A DNA stretch of 64,000 nucleotides from Acidobacteriota bacterium (GCA_965263035.1 OZ253580.1:5408001-5472000), one strand, 5' to 3'. Positions 47,511 through 58,100 are shown, counted from the stretch's first letter. Notes: generated from the letters alone by a model not told the origin. Translations and numbers: made by a program.

Positions 47511-50108
47511 ATGTACCGGATCGTGCTTCTGATTCTGGCCCTTTCCTGGGGAGGCTCCGAGCTTCTCAACGCCCAGGGCCGCCAGTCGGTCGGCCGCCTG
47601 GAGGAAGTACGCATCCTCGGGAATCGGCGCATCAGCGAGGACACCATTCGGTTCTACATCCAGAGCCGGCAGGGGGACGTCTACAACGAAGGGCAGATCC
47701 TCCGCGATTTCCGGAGTCTCCTCAACACCAACTTCTTCCTCAATGCCAAGGTGAAGAAGTTGGAGGGAGAGACGGGAACCATCGTCCTGTTCGAGGTCAA
47801 GGAACGCCCCCTCATTCGGACCATCGAATACAAGGGCATGAAGTCCTTCAAGGAATCGGACGTGCTGGAGCAGTTCCGGGAACTCAAGGTGGGGATGACT
47901 GTCGACAACCCCTTCGACGGCGCCAAGCTGCCCAAGGCGCGGCGGGCCCTGCGGACCTTGTTGGACACGAACGGGCGCCCTCTGGGTCGAGTGGAGGTCA
48001 CCGTCGAGCCGATCACGTCGTCCGCCATCAAGGTGGTCTTCAACATCGACGAAGGGCCCAAGGTGAGGATCGGCAAGATTCAATTCGAGGGCAACACGGT
48101 CTTTTCGGACGGGGAACTGCGGGGCGGCTTGAAGCTGACCAAGGAGCGGGGGCCCATCACCCTCTTCAAGGGTTTCGACAAGTACATCAAGGATAAGGTC
48201 GAACACGATCTCCACGTCAACATGATGGACAAGTACCGGGAGATGGGGTACATGGAGGCCCGGCTCGGCGAGCCCCAGGTGGAGATCGTGGAGGCCGGCA
48301 GAGGCCTTTTGTTCGGCTTTCGCAAGACCAAGCAACAGTACTTCATCACCGTGCCCATCGACGAGGGGCCTCAGTTCAGGTTCGGCGAGTTCAAGCTGGA
48401 GGGCATCAAGAATTTCGACTCCGAAGTCCTGACACGCGCCTACAACATTCGGAAGGGTGAAGTCTTCAACTGGGTCCAACTGCAGAAGGCAAACGAGGAC
48501 CTGAAAAAACTCTACGCCCGGTACGGCTACCTGGACATGGAGGCGATTCCCGAGATCGACAAGGACGAAAACGAAAATGTCATGAACGTCGGGATCCGCG
48601 TGGAGGAAGGGAAGCAGTACCTGGTGAAGCGGATCAACTTCCTGGGGAATACCAAGACCCGCGACAAGGTCCTCCGGCGTGAGTTTCTACTGGAGGAGCA
48701 GCGTCAGTTCAACGGCGACCTGTTGGACATTTCCGTCATTCGTCTCAATCAGTTGGGGTTCTTCGACAAGATCGAGGAGGAGGATTACGAGGTCGTCAAG
48801 CGCCCGGATCTGGCCGAGGTGGACATTCTGGTCACGGTCAAGGAGCAGAGTCAACAGTCCATCGGTCTGACCGGCGGCGTCAGCGGCATCAGCGGCAAGT
48901 TCATCGGACTCAGTTATTCGACCAACAACTTCCGGGGATTGGGCCAGCAGATCTACGTCCAGGCAGTCACCGGTACTCGAACTCAGCAGTACAATTTCTC
49001 GTTCCAAGAGCCCTATTTTCTGGATACACGCGTGTCCCTGGGGTTCTCCGTCTTCAGCCAGCGCTTCCGTTACGACACCTTTACGGCATTCTATGGTCTG
49101 TTCCTGCCCGAGAACAACGTCAACCTCTTCACCCGAAACAGTACCGGGTTCAGTGTGCAGACAGCCTATCCCCTGTGGCGATGGGTGCGGGTGGGACTCT
49201 CCTATCAGCTCCAGAGGATCAGCATCACGGACGTGGCAGAAAGCTTCGGCGATTTTGCCTTGAGTCAGCTGACCGGTTTCACTCCCGGCGGCAGCCGCGA
49301 AGATGCCCAGAAAGGCATCATCCGGAGCGAGGTCACACCCAGTTGGACCTACAACAGCAAGAACGCATTTTTTGGCGCCACCCGGGGGTCCATGTTGCGA
49401 CTCCAGGTTCCTCTTGCCGGGGGGCCCCTGGGGGGGACCTACAACGTCGTTTCTCCCATACTCGAATATCAGAAATTCATGGAAGACCGCTGGTTGAGCG
49501 GCGGCCGCAACAGTATGGGCTTCCGAGCCCAGTTCCTGCACCTGCTCCCCTACGGAGAACTGCCCGACGGCGGCCCCATGACGGTGCCATTCTTCGAACG
49601 CATCTACCGGGGCGGCGAGTTCGACTTTCGGGGGTTCGATCTGAGATCGGTGACACCGTGGGCCAAGACTCGATCACCCTTGAGGGACGATTCGGGAAAT
49701 CCCATCATCGATCGCCGGACGGGACTTCCGGCCCTGAGCGAGAATCTGGTGCCCGCGGGTGGAGATACCTCTTTACTCCTGACAGGCGAGTATCGAATTC
49801 CCGTGGCCGGGCCAATACATTTGGCCGCATTCGCGGATTTCGGGATCAACACGGTACTGAAGAAAAACAAGCTGGTTCTGTTCGGACCGAACACGGCGAT
49901 TGACCTGTTGGAGAGCACCAACGATGTTTGGCGGATGTCGACGGGGATGGAATTCCAGTTCATCATGCCTATGCTCAACCAGCCGTTTCGCCTCATATTC
50001 GCCTATAATCCCATGGTCATGGATACCACGGTCACGGTGAATGGAATCCGTTATCCGATGCAGGAACGTCGCAAGAACATCCGATTTACGGTAGGATATA
50101 CCTTCTAA
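47511..50108 (+). CDS. bamA: Outer membrane protein assembly factor BamA
   Basis: POTRA repeats (GNRRI, GNTKTRDKVLRRE), FRGF motif, C-terminal F; start uncertain (47463 or 47511). Confidence 0.93.
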   Translation: MYRIVLLILALSWGGSELLNAQGRQSVGRLEEVRILGNRRISEDTIRFYIQSRQGDVYNEGQILRDFRSLLNTNFFLNAKVKKLEGETGTIVLFEVKERPLIRTIEYKGMKSFKESDVLEQFRELKVGMTVDNPFDGAKLPKARRALRTLLDTNGRPLGRVEVTVEPITSSAIKVVFNIDEGPKVRIGKIQFEGNTVFSDGELRGGLKLTKERGPITLFKGFDKYIKDKVEHDLHVNMMDKYREMGYMEARLGEPQVEIVEAGRGLLFGFRKTKQQYFITVPIDEGPQFRFGEFKLEGIKNFDSEVLTRAYNIRKGEVFNWVQLQKANEDLKKLYARYGYLDMEAIPEIDKDENENVMNVGIRVEEGKQYLVKRINFLGNTKTRDKVLRREFLLEEQRQFNGDLLDISVIRLNQLGFFDKIEEEDYEVVKRPDLAEVDILVTVKEQSQQSIGLTGGVSGISGKFIGLSYSTNNFRGLGQQIYVQAVTGTRTQQYNFSFQEPYFLDTRVSLGFSVFSQRFRYDTFTAFYGLFLPENNVNLFTRNSTGFSVQTAYPLWRWVRVGLSYQLQRISITDVAESFGDFALSQLTGFTPGGSREDAQKGIIRSEVTPSWTYNSKNAFFGATRGSMLRLQVPLAGGPLGGTYNVVSPILEYQKFMEDRWLSGGRNSMGFRAQFLHLLPYGELPDGGPMTVPFFERIYRGGEFDFRGFDLRSVTPWAKTRSPLRDDSGNPIIDRRTGLPALSENLVPAGGDTSLLLTGEYRIPVAGPIHLAAFADFGINTVLKKNKLVLFGPNTAIDLLESTNDVWRMSTGMEFQFIMPMLNQPFRLIFAYNPMVMDTTVTVNGIRYPMQERRKNIRFTVGYTF

Positions 50109-50126
50109 AAAGAAGTGGGGAGGATC

Positions 50127-50711
50127 ATGTTCACGAGATATCGAAGAAGTTTGGTCTTGTTTGCCGGCCTTGCCGGTGTGATGGGCGCGGCACCCTGGGC
50201 CATGTCGCAGGGTCTGGCCGCCGCTGGGCTCAAGGTTGGATTTGTCAATTCGGTTGAAGTTCTGCAAGGGACCGACGAAGGCAGGCAGAAGCTGGGCGGG
50301 TTTCAGCAGTGGGCTGAGGCGAGACAAAAGGAACTGCAGCAGGACAAGACCGAGTTGGATCGGTTGCGCGAACAGTTTGCCGCCCAGGAACGCACGTTGA
50401 ATCCGGATACTCGAACCGAAATGATGAGGACCATCGAGGATCGGGACCGGAGGCTGCGCCGGAAACAGGAAGACAGCCAGTTGGAGTCCGAGTCCAGAAA
50501 TCGTCAGATGCTGGAACAGGTCGGAACCAAGATCCAGACGATCATCAGCGAGTACGCCCAGCAGAACGGTTATTCCGTCATCTTCTTGCGCAACGAGAGC
50601 CAGAGCTACGTGGATCCCTCCTTGGACGTCACCAAGGAACTCGTCTCCATCTACAATCAGCGTCATCCGGTGGCTTCCTCCCAGACTTCGTCCGCTCCGG
50701 CCCAGCCCTAG
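50127..50711 (+). CDS. skp: Periplasmic chaperone Skp/OmpH
   Basis: Signal peptide, KVGFVN, coiled coil, LDVT; follows bamA. Confidence 0.88.
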   Translation: MFTRYRRSLVLFAGLAGVMGAAPWAMSQGLAAAGLKVGFVNSVEVLQGTDEGRQKLGGFQQWAEARQKELQQDKTELDRLREQFAAQERTLNPDTRTEMMRTIEDRDRRLRRKQEDSQLESESRNRQMLEQVGTKIQTIISEYAQQNGYSVIFLRNESQSYVDPSLDVTKELVSIYNQRHPVASSQTSSAPAQP

Positions 50712-50845
50712 CGCCCGAGCGGGAACCCCGTTCCGGCGGGATTGATGCCGGATTGGCGGGTGCAGGTCCTGCATCCATCCGAGTCCGATGATGCGCCCGG
50801 AGTAATGGCCGTTGCCGGCGCGTCGATACCCGTAAGGCCACGACG

Positions 50846-51853
50846 GTGCTCTATCGTCTGCGACAGCTGGCGAAACACGTGGGTGGAGAGGTCGCGGGCG
50901 ACCCGGACACTCCCATCAGGCGCTTGAGACCCTTCGAGACGGCTGGTCCGGGCGATCTGACGTTGGCGGTCGAGAAGCGGTACGAGGAGCGGATTCGGGA
51001 AACCGGCGCGTCGGCCGTCATCGTATCCAAGACGGTGCGGTTTCGGAACCGTCCCTTGCTTCGCGTCGACAACCCGCGGTTGGCTTTCGCTCGGCTCTTG
51101 CAATTCATCGATAAGACGCCCTTTGTGCCCACCGGCGTATCGCCTGACGCCACCGTGGGCCGCGATTGCTCCATCCCCGAGAGGGTGTCCATCCATCCCC
51201 ATGCCTATGTCGGAGACGGAGTCACCCTGGGCGAAGAGGTGACCCTCCATCCTGGGGTTTATGTGGGGAACGGGTGCACCATCGGTGATGGCACCATTCT
51301 CCATCCGAATGTGACGGTCTACGACGGAATTCGCATCGGTGCCCGCGTCATTCTCCACAGCGGCGCCGTGATCGGTGCCGATGGATTCGGCTATGTTTTC
51401 GACGGGGAACGGCAGGTCAAGATCCCCCAGCGGGGGACGGTTGTGATCGAGGATGACGTGGAGATCGGTGCCAACAGTTGCGTGGACCGGGCCACCTTCG
51501 GTCAGACCACCATTGGCAGGGGCGTCAAGCTGGACGACCACGTGCAGATCGGTCACAACTGCACCATCGGCGAGAACACCGTCATGGTCGGGCAGGTGGG
51601 TGTCTCCGGTAGCGTCACCGTGGGCCGGAACTGCATTCTGGCGGGGCAGTCGGGAGTCGTCGACCACGTCCGAATCGGCGACGGCGTCAAGGTTCTGGCC
51701 AAGACGGCAGTGACCAAAGATGTCCCGGACGGGATGACCGTGTCCGGACAGCCGGCCAGAGACCACCGGACGACGGTGAAGATTCAGGCCCTGACGCGGC
51801 GCCTTCCTCAACTGATGGCGGAATGGCGTGCATGGAAGAAGAGGGGGCCTTGA
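50846..51853 (+). CDS. lpxD: UDP-3-O-acylglucosamine N-acyltransferase
   Basis: Hexapeptide repeats, IGADGFGY, KIPQ, VDRATFG, QIGHN. Confidence 0.95.
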   Translation: MLYRLRQLAKHVGGEVAGDPDTPIRRLRPFETAGPGDLTLAVEKRYEERIRETGASAVIVSKTVRFRNRPLLRVDNPRLAFARLLQFIDKTPFVPTGVSPDATVGRDCSIPERVSIHPHAYVGDGVTLGEEVTLHPGVYVGNGCTIGDGTILHPNVTVYDGIRIGARVILHSGAVIGADGFGYVFDGERQVKIPQRGTVVIEDDVEIGANSCVDRATFGQTTIGRGVKLDDHVQIGHNCTIGENTVMVGQVGVSGSVTVGRNCILAGQSGVVDHVRIGDGVKVLAKTAVTKDVPDGMTVSGQPARDHRTTVKIQALTRRLPQLMAEWRAWKKRGP

Positions 51854-51923
51854 TGTTGAGCCTTGAAACGCCTTTCCGGTGGTGGGTAGGGTACTGCTTT
51901 TGAAGGAAGGGCAGGAACGCGGC

Positions 51924-52379
51924 ATGTTCGACATTCAGGAGATCATGGATCTCCTCCCCCATCGCTATCCCATGCTCCTGGTGGACCGGGTGGTCGAATA
52001 CCAGGAGGGCGAACGGATCGTGGCCATCAAGAACGTCACTTTCAACGAGCCGTTCTTTCAGGGCCACTTCTCCGGGGCACCCATTATGCCGGGAGTTCTG
52101 ATCATCGAGGCCATGGCGCAGGCTGGCGGCTTTCTGGTGTTCAAGTCTCTCCCGAACCGGGAATCCAAGCTGGTTTTTCTCATGGGTATCGAGAAGGCCC
52201 GGTTTCGCCGGCCGGTCAGGCCGGGAGATCAGTTAAGGCTCGAAATGGTCGTCGTCCGGATCAGGGCCCGGGCGGGCAAACTTCGGGGCCAAGCTTTTGT
52301 CGGAGACCAGCGTGCGGCAGAAGCGGAGATCCTGTTCTCTCTGGTGGACCGTTCCTCGGTCGTTTCCGGCCGGGGTTGA
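51924..52379 (+). CDS. fabZ: 3-hydroxyacyl-ACP dehydratase
   Basis: LPHRYPMLLVDR, FQGHF, PGVLIIEAMAQ. Confidence 0.96.
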   Translation: MFDIQEIMDLLPHRYPMLLVDRVVEYQEGERIVAIKNVTFNEPFFQGHFSGAPIMPGVLIIEAMAQAGGFLVFKSLPNRESKLVFLMGIEKARFRRPVRPGDQLRLEMVVVRIRARAGKLRGQAFVGDQRAAEAEILFSLVDRSSVVSGRG

Positions 52380-52383
52380 CACC

Positions 52384-53181
52384 ATGCCCGTCTCCGATAC
52401 TGCCCAGATTCATCCCACGGCACAGGTGTCTTCCGGCGCGCAGTTGGGGCGCGCAGTGACCGTCGGTCCTTTCGCCGTCATCGGGGACGGCGTCGTGATC
52501 GGTGAGGAGACCGCAGTCGGACCTCACACCGTGCTGGAGGGTCCCACCCATTTGGGCAAGCGGAATCGAATCGTGGGGCAAAGCGCCATCGGGACCGATC
52601 CCCAGGACCTGAAGTACCAGGGCGAGGAGACCTCCCTGCATATCGGCGACGAGAACATCATCCGCGAGTTTGTCACCATCAACCGGGGTACCGCTCAGGG
52701 CGGCGGCAAGACCACGATTGGAAGTCGCAACCTGTTCATGACGGGAGTGCATGTGGCGCACGATTGTCATCTGGGAAACGACGGCATTCTCGCGAATGCG
52801 GCGACTCTGGCGGGTCATGTGGAGATCGCAAATGGCGCTACGGTCGGCGCATTCACCGGTGTTCACCAGTTTTGCCGGGTGGGACGCCACGCCTTCATCG
52901 GCGGCTACTCCGTGATCACCCGGGACGCACCACCCTTCATCAAGACGGTGGGACATCGCAACCAGGCCCGGACTTACGGAATCAATGGCATCGGTCTCTC
53001 CCGCAAGGGGTTCTCGGAGGAACGAATCCTGGCATTGAGGAAGGCCTACCGGTGGATTTTTCGAAAGGATCTCACCGTGCCGCAGGCTCGGGACCGGATA
53101 GTCCGAGAGGAGTTGCAAACGCCCGATGTCGAATCGTTGCTACAGTTCCTGGGGACCTCGAGCCGAGGGTTTATTCGGTAG
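52384..53181 (+). CDS. lpxA: UDP-N-acetylglucosamine acyltransferase
   Basis: IHPTA, PQDLKY, IREFVTINRGT, HVAHDC, LAGHV, HQF. Confidence 0.95.
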   Translation: MPVSDTAQIHPTAQVSSGAQLGRAVTVGPFAVIGDGVVIGEETAVGPHTVLEGPTHLGKRNRIVGQSAIGTDPQDLKYQGEETSLHIGDENIIREFVTINRGTAQGGGKTTIGSRNLFMTGVHVAHDCHLGNDGILANAATLAGHVEIANGATVGAFTGVHQFCRVGRHAFIGGYSVITRDAPPFIKTVGHRNQARTYGINGIGLSRKGFSEERILALRKAYRWIFRKDLTVPQARDRIVREELQTPDVESLLQFLGTSSRGFIR

Positions 53182-53268
53182 ACGCTCCGTGCCGAATACT
53201 CCAGAGCCAAGCGTGGGACCGGTGCAGGATTCTATTCGAGCACCCCTTGGGGCCGGGGAGGGGAATCG

Positions 53269-54126
53269 TTGGAAGTCGAAAAGCTCGGATTGATCGCCGG
53301 CAACGGGCAGTTCCCGTTTCTGGTATTGGATGAAGCCCGAAATCGGCGGTTGCCGGTGGTCGTGGCGGCCATTCGAGAAGAAGCGGATCCCGGTTTGGAA
53401 GAGATATCGGGCCAACTCTCCCGCGGCTCTTCGTTTCACTGGATCGGGTTGGGCCAGTTGGGGAAGTTGGTCCGCGTGTTCAAGAGCACGGGCATACGGC
53501 ACGCGGTCATGGCCGGCCAGGTGAAGCATGTCCGCATATTCGCAGCCGGCGTTCGGACGCCGGCGGGAATCCTTTCCGCGTTGCCCGACGGCAGAATGTT
53601 GCGCATGCTGGCGTCACTACGGCGACGCAATACGCGGTCGCTGATCGAAGGCGTCATCGGAGTCCTGCGGACCGAAGGGATCGAGGTCCTGGACTCGACC
53701 TGGCTGCTTGCCGACCTGATCCCGGGACCGGGTGTGCTCACTCGACGCAAGCCCAACGGCCGGGAAAAACGGGACATGGATTATGGGCTGGAGGTGGCCA
53801 AGGAGTTGTCGAGACTGGATCTGGGCCAGACCGTGGTCGTCAAGGATCGGGCCGTGGTGGCGGTGGAGGCTATGGAGGGGACGGATGCCACCATCCGGAG
53901 AGCCGCCGGATTGGTTGCGGGGAGCCGTCTCACGGTGGTCAAAGTCAGCCGCGCCCGCGACGAGATGAGATACGACGTTCCCGTCATCGGATCGGAGACA
54001 TTGAAGGTTTTGAGAGAGTGTCGGGTCTCAGCCCTCTCCATAGACTCCGGGCGAACCCTGATCCTGGACCGCGATCAGTTCGTCCGGGGCGCCGACGAGT
54101 CGAGAATTACGGTGGTCTGCCAGTGA
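53269..54126 (+). CDS. lpxI: UDP-2,3-diacylglucosamine pyrophosphatase LpxI
   Basis: LGLIAGNGQFP, LDLGQTVVV, VEAMEGTD, RYDVPVIG. Confidence 0.9.
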   Translation: MEVEKLGLIAGNGQFPFLVLDEARNRRLPVVVAAIREEADPGLEEISGQLSRGSSFHWIGLGQLGKLVRVFKSTGIRHAVMAGQVKHVRIFAAGVRTPAGILSALPDGRMLRMLASLRRRNTRSLIEGVIGVLRTEGIEVLDSTWLLADLIPGPGVLTRRKPNGREKRDMDYGLEVAKELSRLDLGQTVVVKDRAVVAVEAMEGTDATIRRAAGLVAGSRLTVVKVSRARDEMRYDVPVIGSETLKVLRECRVSALSIDSGRTLILDRDQFVRGADESRITVVCQ

Positions 54127-55115
54127 ATGCCAAGGACAGGATCCGGGTCGGCGTAGTCGGCGTTGGGGTATTGGGGAGTCACCATGCCCGCATTTACAGC
54201 AGTCTCCCGCAGGTGAAGCTCGTAGGAGTGGTGGATCCGATCCGAGCAAGGCGGCGGGAGCTGGCATCCCGGCATGACTGCCGATCCTGGGCCCACCACG
54301 GCCCCCTGTTGGATCGGGTAGACGCCGTCAGCGTGGCTGCTCCCACCTCTTTGCACGTTGCAGTCGCCCTGCCGTTCTTGAAGCGGGGAATCCACGTCCT
54401 GGTGGAGAAACCCATCGCCGAAGACATGGAATCCGCTCGGGGCATGGTGGATGAGGCTCGAGGGACGGTCCTCCATGTGGGTCATTCCGAGCGGTTCAAT
54501 CCCGCAGTGCTGGCAATACAGCCCTTCATCAAGACTCCCCGGTTCTTCGAGGTCCACCGGCTCAGCGTACTGACGCCACGCAGTCTTGACGTGGATGTGG
54601 TGTTGGACCTGATGATTCATGATCTGGATCTCATCACCCAGATGGTCCGGAATCCCATTCGGGAGATTCGTGCCGTGGGGATTCCGGTGCTCACCCCCCG
54701 GATCGACATCGCCAACGCCCGTCTGGAATTCGAGGACGGATGTGTCGCCAATCTCACTTCGAGCCGGGTCTCGAAGCAGAAGATGAGAAAGTTGAGGTTC
54801 TTCCAAGCGGACGATTACATCTCCCTGGATCTGGACCGTCAGGTGGCGGAGGTCTCGAGCATGGTGGAGGTGAATGGGACCAAGCGGATCGTCAACCGGT
54901 CTCCGCGGGTGACGCGCGAAGAACCTCTCAAGATGGAGATTTTGGCGTTCCTGGCGGAGATTGCGAGCCAGCCAGGTCAGGAGCCGAAAATCCGGCGGGG
55001 ATGTAGCGGCGGGGAAGGCGCCGGGGTCCTGGGGCTGGCTCTGGAGATCCTGGACCGGATGACCGTAGCCGGCCAGACTGGGTCGGCGTTTTCCGTCCCG
55101 GACCACGCCGGTTGA
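54123..55115 (+). CDS. Gfo/Idh/MocA oxidoreductase, GnnA-like by context
   Basis: GVVGVGVLGSHH, VEKPIA, GHSERFNP, VVLDLMIHDLD; inside the lpx cluster. Confidence 0.85.
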   Translation: MNAKDRIRVGVVGVGVLGSHHARIYSSLPQVKLVGVVDPIRARRRELASRHDCRSWAHHGPLLDRVDAVSVAAPTSLHVAVALPFLKRGIHVLVEKPIAEDMESARGMVDEARGTVLHVGHSERFNPAVLAIQPFIKTPRFFEVHRLSVLTPRSLDVDVVLDLMIHDLDLITQMVRNPIREIRAVGIPVLTPRIDIANARLEFEDGCVANLTSSRVSKQKMRKLRFFQADDYISLDLDRQVAEVSSMVEVNGTKRIVNRSPRVTREEPLKMEILAFLAEIASQPGQEPKIRRGCSGGEGAGVLGLALEILDRMTVAGQTGSAFSVPDHAG

Positions 55116-55215
55116 TGGGACAGGCAAGTACCGGCTGTTCCATTCACCGAAAGGATTTCCCTCGGATGTCCATTGCGGTCGTCCGTATCCGGAAGCATCA
55201 CGCACACGACGTGGA

Positions 55216-56184
55216 ATGGAAACGTTCGCGTTGAAGACGCCGTCGCCGCCCCCTGAAGATCCCCTTCTGATCGTTATCGCCGGTCCGACGGCATCCGGCA
55301 AGAGCGCCCTGGCGGTCCAGGCGGCTCTCCGGCTGGACGGGGAGATCATCAACTGCGATTCACTCCAGTTGTACCGGGAACTCCAGATCGGGACCGGGAA
55401 ACCATCGGCGCGGGAAACCGGGTCCGTGCCCCATCATCTATACGACTTTCTGAAACCGGACGAGATCTACAGTGCAGGGCGATATATGGTGGAAGCCAGG
55501 AGAGTCTGTCACCTGGTCCGGGAGCGGGGAAAGATTCCGTTCGTGGTGGGAGGCACCGGACTCTATCTCAGGGCTCTGCTGATGGGAGTCTTCGTTGGAC
55601 CCTCCCGCTGTGAAATCCTGCGGGATCGCTTGGAGAAGATTGTGCAACGCCGGGGTCAGGAGAGATTGCATCGACTTCTGGCCCGGAAGGACCCGGCGAC
55701 GGCCCGGAAGATCGGCGTGGGGGACCGGCGGCGCCTGATACGGGCCCTGGAGGTCTACTTCCTGACAGGGACTCCCATCAGTCTGCTTCAGGAGCGCCGA
55801 AAACCGCTCGCCGGATACCGCATTGTTAAGATCGGACTGAACTTGTGCCGTACGCTCCTCTATCAAAGGATCGATTCTCGAGTCCGGGAAATGTTTCGCA
55901 GTGGCCTTCTGGACGAAGTGGATCGACTACTCCGGAAGGGGTACGATGAGCGATGCAAGGCCTTCGAGGCGTTGGGATACCGGTACGCTTTGCAGGCCCT
56001 TCGGGGTGAGTTGAAGCTGGAGGATGCCATCGAGCTGACGCGCCGGGACACGCGTCGCTATGCCAAACGGCAGATGACCTGGTTTCGCCGGGAGGACGCC
56101 ATGCAGTGGATCCCGTCGCCCGGAGAGTCGGAATCGGCGTTGAAGCAGCTTCTGGAGTTGGTCCGATGCAGTACGAACCGGTAA
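55216..56184 (+). CDS. miaA: tRNA dimethylallyltransferase
   Basis: GPTASGKS, DSLQLY, GGTGLY, RALEV, YAKRQMTW. Confidence 0.96.
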   Translation: METFALKTPSPPPEDPLLIVIAGPTASGKSALAVQAALRLDGEIINCDSLQLYRELQIGTGKPSARETGSVPHHLYDFLKPDEIYSAGRYMVEARRVCHLVRERGKIPFVVGGTGLYLRALLMGVFVGPSRCEILRDRLEKIVQRRGQERLHRLLARKDPATARKIGVGDRRRLIRALEVYFLTGTPISLLQERRKPLAGYRIVKIGLNLCRTLLYQRIDSRVREMFRSGLLDEVDRLLRKGYDERCKAFEALGYRYALQALRGELKLEDAIELTRRDTRRYAKRQMTWFRREDAMQWIPSPGESESALKQLLELVRCSTNR

Positions 56185-57623
56185 TCGGTCTGGAAGTCCA
56201 CGCTCAGCTGCGCACCCGGAGCAAGGTGTTCTGCGGTTGCAGCACCCGGTTCGGAGCTCCCCCAAATTCCCAGACCTGCCCGGTCTGTCTGGGTCTTCCC
56301 GGCTCGCTTCCGGTGGTCAACGGACCTGCCGTGGAGATGGCGGTCACGGCCGGCTTGGCCCTGGGCTGCCGCATCAATCGGCGTTCGCTTCTGGCCCGAA
56401 AGAACTATTTCTACCCTGACCTGCCCAAGGGTTACCAGATCTCCCAGTATGAAGAGCCCTTGGCGGTCGACGGGCGAGTACGGCTTCTGACGCTGGATTT
56501 CGGGGCCCCGGGGAATCGGGGAACACTGCGTGAATTCAGTGTGGAGATCATTCGTGTCCATCTGGAGGAGGACGCCGGCAAGTCGATTCATGCCGCGAGG
56601 CAGGACACACAGGTCAATTTGAATCGGTGCGGCGTTCCGTTGATGGAGATCGTCACCCATCCCGATCTGAGGTCCGGCCGGGAGGCCAGCGATTTTCTGG
56701 ACTACCTGAGAAGAGTCCTGCTTTATCTGGCGCTGTGTGACGGGAACATGGAGGAAGGGAGTCTCCGCTGCGACGCCAATATCTCAGTCCGGCCACTGGG
56801 GGAGACTTCACTCGGGACCAAGACTGAAATCAAGAACCTGAACTCCTTCCGTTTTCTGAACAAGGCTCTGGACTATGAGATTCAAAGGCAGATTCGAGTC
56901 TTGGAGTCGGGGCGGCAGGTGGTTCAGGAAACGCGGCTCTGGGAAGAGGATCTGGAAGAGACCCGTCCCATGAGAAGCAAGGAAGAGGCCCACGACTACC
57001 GGTACTTTCCGGATCCCGATCTGCTTCCGGTCGTGATCTCGGCTGAGCGGCTGGACGAGCTCAGGAAGGATTTGCCCGAGCTTCCCGGCGCGCGCGCGCG
57101 CCGGTTCGGGTCCCGGTACGGTCTGGATCAGAGCGACGCCCTCGTGGCCACCCGGACCCCCGAGTTTGCCGATTACTTCGAAGCATCCGCAAAAAGTGCT
57201 GGAAACCCCAAGACGGTTCTGAACTGGATGGTAGGGGATTTGACCCATCGTTTGAGGAAAGATGGGCTGGGACTCCACGAATCTCCCGTCAAGACTGCGG
57301 ATCTCGGAGGGTTGGTCCGGCTCTTGGACGACGGAGCCATCAGCGGCAAGATGGCCAAGGATGTCTTCGGTCAAATGTATGAGACGGGTAAGTCTCCACG
57401 GACGATCGTCAGGGAACAGAAGCTGGCCCAGATCAGTGATCGAAGCGAATTGGAAACCGTCGTTTCCGGGATTCTGGAGTCGCATGCCGACGCCGTGGAA
57501 CGTTATCGGAATGGGAAGCGTGGCCTGCTGGGATTCTTTGTAGGACAAGTGATGCGGCAGACCCGCGGGCAAGCCAATCCGAAGATGGTCAACGAACTGC
57601 TCAGAAAGATGTTGGACCGGTGA
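56166..57623 (+). CDS. gatB: Asp/Glu-tRNA amidotransferase subunit B
   Basis: IGLEVH, RKNYFYPDLPKGYQISQ, EEDAGK, EIKNLNSF, DYRYFP. Confidence 0.97.
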   Translation: MQYEPVIGLEVHAQLRTRSKVFCGCSTRFGAPPNSQTCPVCLGLPGSLPVVNGPAVEMAVTAGLALGCRINRRSLLARKNYFYPDLPKGYQISQYEEPLAVDGRVRLLTLDFGAPGNRGTLREFSVEIIRVHLEEDAGKSIHAARQDTQVNLNRCGVPLMEIVTHPDLRSGREASDFLDYLRRVLLYLALCDGNMEEGSLRCDANISVRPLGETSLGTKTEIKNLNSFRFLNKALDYEIQRQIRVLESGRQVVQETRLWEEDLEETRPMRSKEEAHDYRYFPDPDLLPVVISAERLDELRKDLPELPGARARRFGSRYGLDQSDALVATRTPEFADYFEASAKSAGNPKTVLNWMVGDLTHRLRKDGLGLHESPVKTADLGGLVRLLDDGAISGKMAKDVFGQMYETGKSPRTIVREQKLAQISDRSELETVVSGILESHADAVERYRNGKRGLLGFFVGQVMRQTRGQANPKMVNELLRKMLDR

Positions 57624-58024
57624 GGCGCCGCCGCCCACGGGTTCCGGCTACCGAATCGAAACGGTTGGCCGTGATCGAGGAGATGTCCGACGACATCTAC
57701 TCGGTTCAATTCGTTCTGCAGAGTCTCGGTTTTGAAACGCGGTCGTTCTCGTCCCGGTCCTCGATCGCCGAATTAATGGAATTCGACCCGGATTTGATCA
57801 TCGTGGACATGATGATCTCTCGTGGAGGCGGATATCGGATCATCCGTCAGATTCGCAGGGCCGGGAACTTGGCTCGGGTGCCGATCCTGGCCATCGCTGC
57901 CGCGGCCATGGAGGGAAGCGCCGAAGAAATTCTGGCCGCGGGCGGTCAGGACGTGGTGACGAAGCCCTACAGCATGGCTGAACTAAAGGAGAAGTTGGAC
58001 CGCTTGGTTCCGAAGACGAAATGA
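57620..58024 (+). CDS. Single-domain response regulator (atypical)
   Basis: VIEE, PDLIIVDMM, VPILAI, TKPY. Confidence 0.85.
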   Translation: MRRRRPRVPATESKRLAVIEEMSDDIYSVQFVLQSLGFETRSFSSRSSIAELMEFDPDLIIVDMMISRGGGYRIIRQIRRAGNLARVPILAIAAAAMEGSAEEILAAGGQDVVTKPYSMAELKEKLDRLVPKTK

Positions 58025-58055
58025 GAAGCGCCGTTTCCCGGTAGCTTCCGCGCGG

Positions 58056-58100
58056 CGCGTAAACCACACGCCATTCGTCACTCTTTCTTCTTTCCTCTTC
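58056..58100 (-). repeat. Purine-heptamer/GTTTACGCG intergenic module, copy 3
   Basis: Reverse complement reads GAAGAGG AAAGAAG AAAGAGT GACGAAT GGCGTGTG GTTTACGCG. Confidence 0.65.
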
